DNA of 64,000 nucleotides from an uncultured Ectothiorhodospiraceae bacterium (GTDB lineage Bacteria; Pseudomonadota; Gammaproteobacteria; S012-40): NCBI GenBank assembly GCA_945787125.1, contig CALZHW010000003.1, positions 4,094 to 68,093 of the forward strand, read 5' to 3'. Shown piece by piece: positions 58,012 to 64,000 of this stretch (position 1 is its first letter; each line of letters starts with the position of its first letter). The notes under the pieces were generated by a model. It saw only the letters and a program-made list of their open reading frames with translations, ran no database searches and was not told where the DNA came from. The position numbers and the translations under genes were made by a program.

Positions 58012-59694
58012 ATGTTAAGCCAACTCAGCATTCAAAACTTTGCCATAATAGATGATCTCACGATAGCTCTGGATAACGGCATGTCCGTCATTACCGGTGA
58101 AACAGGTGCTGGCAAATCAATAGCGGTTGATGCACTGGGGCTTGCGCTGGGTGATCGTGCCGAATCCAGCATGGTTAAACATGGCACCAAACGCTCTGAT
58201 ATTACCGCTGTTTTTAACGTGGCAAAAAACCCTCTTGCACAGAGCTGGTTGCAATCCAACGAACTGGACGAAGAGAACGATTGCATTTTACGGCGCACTA
58301 TTTCCGCTGAAGGCGGCTCTAAAGCTTACATTAATGGACGCCCGGTAACCTTGCAACAAATCAAAAGCCTGGGTGAACGGCTGATCGACATTCATAGTCA
58401 ACATCAACACCAGTCATTATTACGCACGGAAACTCATCGCGTGCTCTTGGATAGTTATGGCCAATGCAGCGAGCTATCACAATCCGTAAAACTGGCTCAC
58501 CGTCAGTGGATGTCGCTTGAAGAACAGCTACAGAAAATTCAATCAGCCGCCCGTGAACGAAATTCCCGAATAGAGTTTTTGCAGTTTCAAATTAACGAGC
58601 TGCAGCAACTCGGTCTGCAAGACACGGAATGGCAAAAGTTAGATAACGAACAAAAACAATTGGCAAATGTGGAAAAAATCCAGCTCAATTTACATCAATG
58701 CCTTGATATTTTGTTTCAAAACGATACAACCGTCGGCTCTCAATTGGAAAGCGTTAAACAAAGCCTGATGGATATTAGTGACTTTCTGCCTGAAGTCGGC
58801 AATAGCATTGAGTTAATCAATGCTGCACTGATTAATGTCGAAGAAGTTGTGAATGAATTACGCCACCTGAGCAAAGAAGATAACAACGACCCTCAACGGC
58901 TAGTGAATATTGAATCGCGCATTAGTGAATTGTTGGATATGGCGCGCAAATACCATTGCAAACCCCAGGAGTTGCCGACAATGCTGCAGACCCTACAACA
59001 AGAGCTGGAACCACTCATCAATGCTGATGAGTCGGTGGAAGTGCTGAAAAAAGCCATCGACAAAGCACAAGTAGATTACCAAAACGCCGCTAATACACTT
59101 TCTGCAAAACGGCAAAAAGCCGCAAAAAAACTTAAAAAATCTTGCGATGAAATCCTTGCCAGTCTGGGAATGAAAAACTGCCAGCTACAAGTGGAATTAC
59201 TCCCAATAACTGCAGCGCATGGCAGCCAAAACGGTAATGAAAAAATTAATTTTTTGGTCAGAACCAACCCAGGCAATCCCTTCAAACCACTGGCTAAGGT
59301 CGCCTCTGGCGGCGAATTATCACGTATCAGTTTGAGCATTCAAGTGGTCACCGCAAAACTTAACAGTTTCCCGGTTTTAGTATTTGATGAGGTGGATGTA
59401 GGCATCGGTGGCGGCACCGCCGAAGTGGTCGGTAAATTATTGCGTCAACTTTCTGCAGATAAGCAAATCCTTTGCATTACCCATCAAGCGCAAGTGGCCG
59501 CTCAGGGACAGCATCATTGGACCGTAGAAAAACAAGCGGTAAAAAATCAAACCATCACAACCATGAAAAAACTCAACGTGCAAGAACGTGAAATCGAGAT
59601 CGCCCGTATGATAGGCGGCATAAAACTCACCGCTGCGACCCAAAAGCACGCTAAAGAAATGTTAAAAAATGCGACTATGCTACTTACCCCCTGA
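58012..59694 (+). CDS. recN: DNA repair protein RecN
   Basis: N-terminal Walker A (GETGAGKS), a long coiled-coil, and a C-terminal signature/Walker B region. The start is taken at MLSQLSIQNF. Confidence 0.85.
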   Translation: MLSQLSIQNFAIIDDLTIALDNGMSVITGETGAGKSIAVDALGLALGDRAESSMVKHGTKRSDITAVFNVAKNPLAQSWLQSNELDEENDCILRRTISAEGGSKAYINGRPVTLQQIKSLGERLIDIHSQHQHQSLLRTETHRVLLDSYGQCSELSQSVKLAHRQWMSLEEQLQKIQSAARERNSRIEFLQFQINELQQLGLQDTEWQKLDNEQKQLANVEKIQLNLHQCLDILFQNDTTVGSQLESVKQSLMDISDFLPEVGNSIELINAALINVEEVVNELRHLSKEDNNDPQRLVNIESRISELLDMARKYHCKPQELPTMLQTLQQELEPLINADESVEVLKKAIDKAQVDYQNAANTLSAKRQKAAKKLKKSCDEILASLGMKNCQLQVELLPITAAHGSQNGNEKINFLVRTNPGNPFKPLAKVASGGELSRISLSIQVVTAKLNSFPVLVFDEVDVGIGGGTAEVVGKLLRQLSADKQILCITHQAQVAAQGQHHWTVEKQAVKNQTITTMKKLNVQEREIEIARMIGGIKLTAATQKHAKEMLKNATMLLTP

Positions 59695-60167
59695 TACCCC
59701 CTGAATCGTGAAATTGGACGTAGTTAAATGCCAACGCTCACTGAATGTGCTTGATTTGTTAGGCTGTTATGCCACTCACGCATGAAACAATTATCCAGAT
59801 AACTCTATTCCCACTGTTTATTATTTACTTTTTCACGACACTTCGGCACCACAAAATAACCAATGTAAATAAATGCGCATAAAAACAACCTATAATAATC
59901 AATACCTTACCTATTTTTTAAAAAGCTGGCTTAAGCATTGCATTACACTAGGTGAGTGTTTGGTGAATAGCTAGGCTTCAGGAAGAAAATCAGCTCATTC
60001 AATATCAAAACTTAACATTTGTAGACCAATGTTTCAGTGCCTCTCTAGCCCGGTGAATATCTGGGCTAACATGAATGGCTAGGCGCAACGGATTGCTCCT
60101 CGTCATTCATGGTCTGAGACAATCAAATTTGTAACCTTCGATCTATCATTTTCCAAGGAGGGAAATT

Positions 60168-60410
60168 ATGGACACTGAGTATTATTTAAGAAATAGCGAA
60201 AGATTTACGAGGTTTGTTATTGGTTTTAGCCTGGTTTTATCAATAATGATTTTTCCAATAACTTCGGCATGGATTGCTGCAGTTTGTTTTGTTGCTACTT
60301 ACCCGCTGTTAACCGCATTGCTAGCGATTGATCCGATATTTTTGTTACTTGATCTTTTCGCAAAACGTACGACAAACCTTTCACTTGATCATGCAATTAG
60401 CCAGGCATAA
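60168..60410 (+). CDS. Small hypothetical membrane protein
   Basis: 80 aa, two predicted TM helices, RBS aaggaggg, followed by a strong terminator. Confidence 0.35.
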   Translation: MDTEYYLRNSERFTRFVIGFSLVLSIMIFPITSAWIAAVCFVATYPLLTALLAIDPIFLLLDLFAKRTTNLSLDHAISQA

Positions 60411-60486
60411 TTGTTAGCCTCGGTAATTCTATAAAAGAATTTTTATATTGCCGGCTGCCAGTTTCATCATCCCACTATGATGAGTT

Positions 60487-60534
60487 AATTGTTGGTGCGT
60501 AGCTACTAGACGCACCAACAATTTTTTATTTTTC
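60487..60534 (+). terminator. Rho-independent terminator
   Basis: aattgttggtgcgt-agctactag-acgcaccaacaatt followed by ttttttattttt. Confidence 0.7.
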
Positions 60535-60992
60535 TTGTCGAGATAACACCGTGCCCCTCACAGACACGTATCTGAGCAGTCGACCAATGTGAATTTAAAC
60601 CACCTCTCGATTCCCTGCAGGTGTTTTACCCAATGGCAAATTGATTAATCGCTGCCCTAATAATTCTATCTTATGTGTATTATCGAGAAAGTTTAAGTTT
60701 TAAGTTGATATTGTCGACAATCTATGCAGCGAAGCGACCGTGATGAGTTTCTATCGAAAAAACTACTGTTTAACGAGCAGCTTGGCAATTCTGAGAAATT
60801 TACACCATCTAACGAGAACATGTGTGAAAAACATTCATGCGCTTGCTAGACAACCATAATGGATTGTATTTTAAGTGCTTTTTGCATTGGAAATGTGATT
60901 TTATGTTAATTTCAGCGTGATAATCGTTGATATTTTTATAGATGTAAATATAGTGTTAATATCAAAATAATTCAGTTAAATCGAATGAAATT

Positions 60993-62276
60993 ATGACAGT
61001 TCTATTATATGAGCCAAATAAAGTCTTCAGAGCGGTTTTAGCCAATCGGTTAGAGGAGTTAGGTCTTGATGTTGTCTCCGCAATAAGCGCAGATCAGGCT
61101 TTGACTTTAGTGAATAAACACCAATTTAAGCTAATCTGCGCCGGTGCGCAACCTACTCAAGTTGCGGCGATAGATTTCATCCAACAAATCAGATCTCAAG
61201 AAATTGGAAATACCCCCATACCACTGATAATTTTCACTGACGATGAGAATAAAATTGATTTAGCAGCGTTGCTGGAAACAGGCGCAACAGAAGTCTTCCA
61301 CAAAAACCGAATAACTGATTTTTCAACCTATATTCATAATCTATGTTTTAAGCTCGAAGAACAAAAACAACTGCAAGGGCGGGTACTGCTGGTTGAAGAT
61401 GACGAAGCAATTTCTCTTTATATGAGCCTGATTCTTGAGCAAACCGGCCTTAAGGTTACCACAACACCCACTGCAGAAAACGCTTTGCTTATTCTGGAAA
61501 ATACAGATTTTGATCTTATTATCACTGACTTCCTACTTGAGGGTGTTATGAGTGGCCTTGGCCTGGTGCAAACTGTGCAGAATCTCAATGAAGTAAAAGC
61601 GAGAATTCCGGTTCTAGCAATTTCATCCATGAGTGATACGAGTCGCCGCGTCGAATTTTTGCGAGCAGGTGCCAGTGACTTTATTGTAAAACCTGTATTA
61701 CCTGAAGAATTAATCGCTCGCGTAAATAATTTAGTCACTAATAAAAAGCTGGTTGATCAGCTCGAATTGCAACAAAAGCGGCTTAAACATCTTTCCATGA
61801 TAGATCAACTAACGGGTGTCTACAATCGCCACGCACTATTGGGTATTTCGGGGAAATATATTAGCGAAGCAATCCGCCACGATTACTCACTCTGCGCCGT
61901 TGTCATTGATCTGGATTATTTCAAGAAAGTCAATGATGCCCATGGGCACAGCGCTGGAGATAGTGTTTTAAAAGCGGTTTCTGGTTTGCTGCAAGCAGAA
62001 TGTCGCACTGAAGATTTTGTTGCACGTTTTGGCGGAGAAGAGTTTATTATTATTCTTTCCCATTGCGATGTTGAAGAAGCACAAATTAAAATGGAACGCC
62101 TCAGGAAAAATATTGAAACCTTAAATCCAGATGGCATTCCCGTAACCGCCAGTTTTGGTATTGCAGATTTCAATAAAGCAGATTATGAGCAGGGCTTTGA
62201 TGGCATCTTTAACCGAGCGGATGTCGCATTATATAGTGCCAAAAACAAGGGTAGAAACCGAGTAGAATGTAATTAA
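60993..62276 (+). CDS. PleD-like response regulator: degenerate receiver, canonical receiver, then a GGDEF diguanylate cyclase
   Basis: The first REC-like domain lacks the acidic pocket (LLYEPNK, KLICAG). The second REC has DD...D (LLVEDDE, LIITDF). The C-terminal GGEEF motif is RFGGEEFIIIL. Confidence 0.75.
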   Translation: MTVLLYEPNKVFRAVLANRLEELGLDVVSAISADQALTLVNKHQFKLICAGAQPTQVAAIDFIQQIRSQEIGNTPIPLIIFTDDENKIDLAALLETGATEVFHKNRITDFSTYIHNLCFKLEEQKQLQGRVLLVEDDEAISLYMSLILEQTGLKVTTTPTAENALLILENTDFDLIITDFLLEGVMSGLGLVQTVQNLNEVKARIPVLAISSMSDTSRRVEFLRAGASDFIVKPVLPEELIARVNNLVTNKKLVDQLELQQKRLKHLSMIDQLTGVYNRHALLGISGKYISEAIRHDYSLCAVVIDLDYFKKVNDAHGHSAGDSVLKAVSGLLQAECRTEDFVARFGGEEFIIILSHCDVEEAQIKMERLRKNIETLNPDGIPVTASFGIADFNKADYEQGFDGIFNRADVALYSAKNKGRNRVECN

Positions 62277-62323
62277 GTAAGCTATTTCGTTCACGTTCTA
62301 ATCTAAATAATCCAACTATCTCT

Positions 62324-63958
62324 TTAAAACGGAGCGGGTGAGCACACTTCAATAGTTTTATTGGTTCGTGGGTGCGTAAAACATAACTTTTCAGCGTGCA
62401 ATAATAATCGTTCTGCCATTTTTTGTCCATAAAGTTTATCGCCAACAATAGGCGTATTCAAACCCATTTTATGTGCTGCATGCACTCTAAGCTGGTGAGT
62501 CCGCCCGGTTATCGGATAAAAATAAACCCTGCTTGTGCCATTCTCACAGGAAATCAACTCCCAGTCTGTGATTGCCGTTTTTCCATGGTCAAAACACACC
62601 ATTTGGCGCGGTCTATCATTAACGTCACTACAGATGGGTAATTCGATTCTTTCCTTGTAAGCAGCATCCGTGACAAACTTTTCTGATAACTCTTTTGCCA
62701 ATACGGCAATATAACGTTTCTTAATGGAACGTTGTAAAAACTGTTGCTGCAGTGTTTTATGTGTTGCGGAATTTTTTGCGGCTAATAAAAGGCCAGACGT
62801 GAATAAGTCAAGCCGATGAACGAGTATTGGTCCTGTTGCTTTCGGATAACGTTGACGCAAGCGACTTAACACAGAGTCCTGCACCGTTTTTCCTGGCACC
62901 GATAACAGGCCATGCGGTTTGTTCACCACCAGTAAATCGTCATCTTCATAGATAATATCTGGCGCATTATTGTCGGCATAGTTGCTACCTGGTGCTGACA
63001 AATGCCGCACTTTTATACCTCGCAACATAAAAGGCAGTATGGGCCAGCATTTGCCACGACAGACAGGATAAAATTGAGCATGTTGTCGAATTTCCCGTGC
63101 GGGCGAATCTCCCCACCAAAATTGAGACAGCGCCAAAGGTTTCAATTTATGCAAAGTCGCAAAATGTAACAGTTTAATGGCGGCGCAGTCACCTACGCCT
63201 GGCGGCGGTTGGTCAAAAAATTTTGTTATTGCTCGCCGTTCATCCAGAATATTGCTGAGTGTATAAGTCGATAAAATACGCTGTTGGAGAGTCTGTAGTC
63301 TTGCAGTTCGACTGTTTTTTATACCTTCGATCTGCTGTTCGATATGATCCAGCTTTTGTTGCACAACCGCTAAACGTGCCTTCCAATGTGAGCGAGTAGT
63401 CTGTCGCTCTCGTTTATCCTGCTGACTTTCAAAGGAGAGAGATGCAAGTGTTGTTTCCAGTGATGAGTGCGCATTCGAATGTGTCAAGGAACTGGATGGT
63501 GTGCGGCGTTTTTGCTGGCGAACTTCTTTTCGGTGGGAATGCTTAGTGTGTAATGATGCCAAATCTATTTCTTGTGCAATTTTCAGCTGGGTTAACTGCT
63601 GTCTTAGTGCGTACAACTCACCATTTTGCTGCAATTTTTTCAGTTGTTGCGAATAACTGACGAATTCTGCTTGCGCAGCAGAGATTAAAAGCTTGCATGC
63701 ATCAATATCAAATATTGGCGGTACAAAACCCGGCACTAGCCACTGCTCTGCCAGTTTTCCAGAAAACGCAGCAATAAACCCAACCTTGTTGGTATTATCC
63801 TGCACGACTAATACGCCAAACATTTTACCAGCGATGCTTGGGTTGAATTCTTGCATCCTCTGAGGTGGATTCCTTAACATCATTTGCAGTTGCTCACTCG
63901 CTTTTTTCGCTAACGCATGTGGCGCACTATTCAATGGTGTCAAAAAACTCTTCGGCAA
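62324..63958 (-). CDS. RluA-family pseudouridine synthase with an N-terminal coiled-coil extension of about 300 aa (may extend past the window end)
   Basis: The C-terminal half carries the RluA catalytic motif HRLDLFTSGLLLAAK. The N-terminal half is Gln/Leu-rich and coiled-coil-like. The tracked start is a TTG. Confidence 0.65.
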   Translation of the reverse strand: MPKSFLTPLNSAPHALAKKASEQLQMMLRNPPQRMQEFNPSIAGKMFGVLVVQDNTNKVGFIAAFSGKLAEQWLVPGFVPPIFDIDACKLLISAAQAEFVSYSQQLKKLQQNGELYALRQQLTQLKIAQEIDLASLHTKHSHRKEVRQQKRRTPSSSLTHSNAHSSLETTLASLSFESQQDKRERQTTRSHWKARLAVVQQKLDHIEQQIEGIKNSRTARLQTLQQRILSTYTLSNILDERRAITKFFDQPPPGVGDCAAIKLLHFATLHKLKPLALSQFWWGDSPAREIRQHAQFYPVCRGKCWPILPFMLRGIKVRHLSAPGSNYADNNAPDIIYEDDDLLVVNKPHGLLSVPGKTVQDSVLSRLRQRYPKATGPILVHRLDLFTSGLLLAAKNSATHKTLQQQFLQRSIKKRYIAVLAKELSEKFVTDAAYKERIELPICSDVNDRPRQMVCFDHGKTAITDWELISCENGTSRVYFYPITGRTHQLRVHAAHKMGLNTPIVGDKLYGQKMAERLLLHAEKLCFTHPRTNKTIEVCSPAPF

Positions 63959-64000
63959 GTCGGTGGCTGGTGGCGGGGGAGAAAAGTAAGTGATTATGCT

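Overview
This 64-kb window looks like a proteobacterial chromosome segment (gamma-like heat-shock and recN gene order), with housekeeping operons broken up by accessory DNA. From left to right it contains the following.

1. **0-5.5 kb:** the tail of a branched-chain amino-acid catabolic operon on the minus strand (E2 lipoyl domain, E1-beta, E1-alpha, leucine dehydrogenase) and a long-form acyl-CoA dehydrogenase.

2. **5.7-19.7 kb:** a heavy-metal (Cu/Ag-type) resistance island. It has a CusS/CusR-like two-component pair; a TolC-like outer-membrane factor, a membrane-fusion protein and an HME-RND pump; a CopA-type P1B ATPase whose N-terminus carries two TRASH/YHS domains plus a CPMHPE..CPKCGM metal-binding domain; and an ICMT-family methyltransferase. 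The RND operon is flanked by two diverged copies of a three-gene cassette (His/Met-rich periplasmic protein, CMD/AhpD-like protein, His-tailed membrane protein). Each copy has decayed in a complementary way.

3. **20.0-25.6 kb:** a Tn3-family transposon with ~40-bp terminal inverted repeats. It carries tnpA, a tyrosine recombinase next to a perfect 17-bp palindrome, and a higB/higA-like toxin-antitoxin cargo. Its right end abuts a ~75-bp fragment of a second copA 3' end, and there is no target-site duplication.

4. **25.9-35 kb:** prc, a small c-type cytochrome, an orphan AbrB-type antitoxin, a ParE/Phd pair preceded by a 9-bp x4 repeat, an Xre(DUF2384)/RES pair, a chimeric ppsA fragment, DUF2892 and DUF481 proteins, an alpha-lytic-protease-like gene split into pro-region and catalytic ORFs, and tRNA-Leu(CAG).

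5. **35-45.3 kb (AT-rich, downstream of the tRNA):** a probable archaic (Csu/sigma-type) chaperone-usher pilus operon (two pilin-like genes with an attenuator hairpin between them, a chaperone-like gene, and an oversized usher-like gene with C-terminal SdrD-B-like domains). Convergent with it is a ~1050-aa CSLREA/beta-helix plus Calx-beta surface protein with acidic VNTRs and an unusual C-terminal sorting-signal-like tail.

6. **45.9-49.2 kb:** an HD-GYP sensor and a GGDEF-EAL membrane protein.

7. **49.8-59.7 kb:** a retropepsin-like protease, an EF-hand protein, dnaJ-dnaK-grpE-hrcA on the minus strand with a sigma32-type promoter upstream of dnaK, then nadK and recN.

8. **60-64 kb:** a REC-REC-GGDEF regulator and an RluA-family pseudouridine synthase with a long N-terminal extension.

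At least three small MITE-like repeat families with terminal inverted repeats are scattered through the intergenic regions. No CRISPR array and no rRNA gene were seen. The most novel-looking parts are the complementary-decay duplicate cassette around the RND pump, with its uncharacterised His/Met periplasmic protein family, and the tRNA-linked pilus/adhesin/c-di-GMP island with its atypical usher and adhesin anchor. Coordinates I derived by hand may be off by 1-2 bp.
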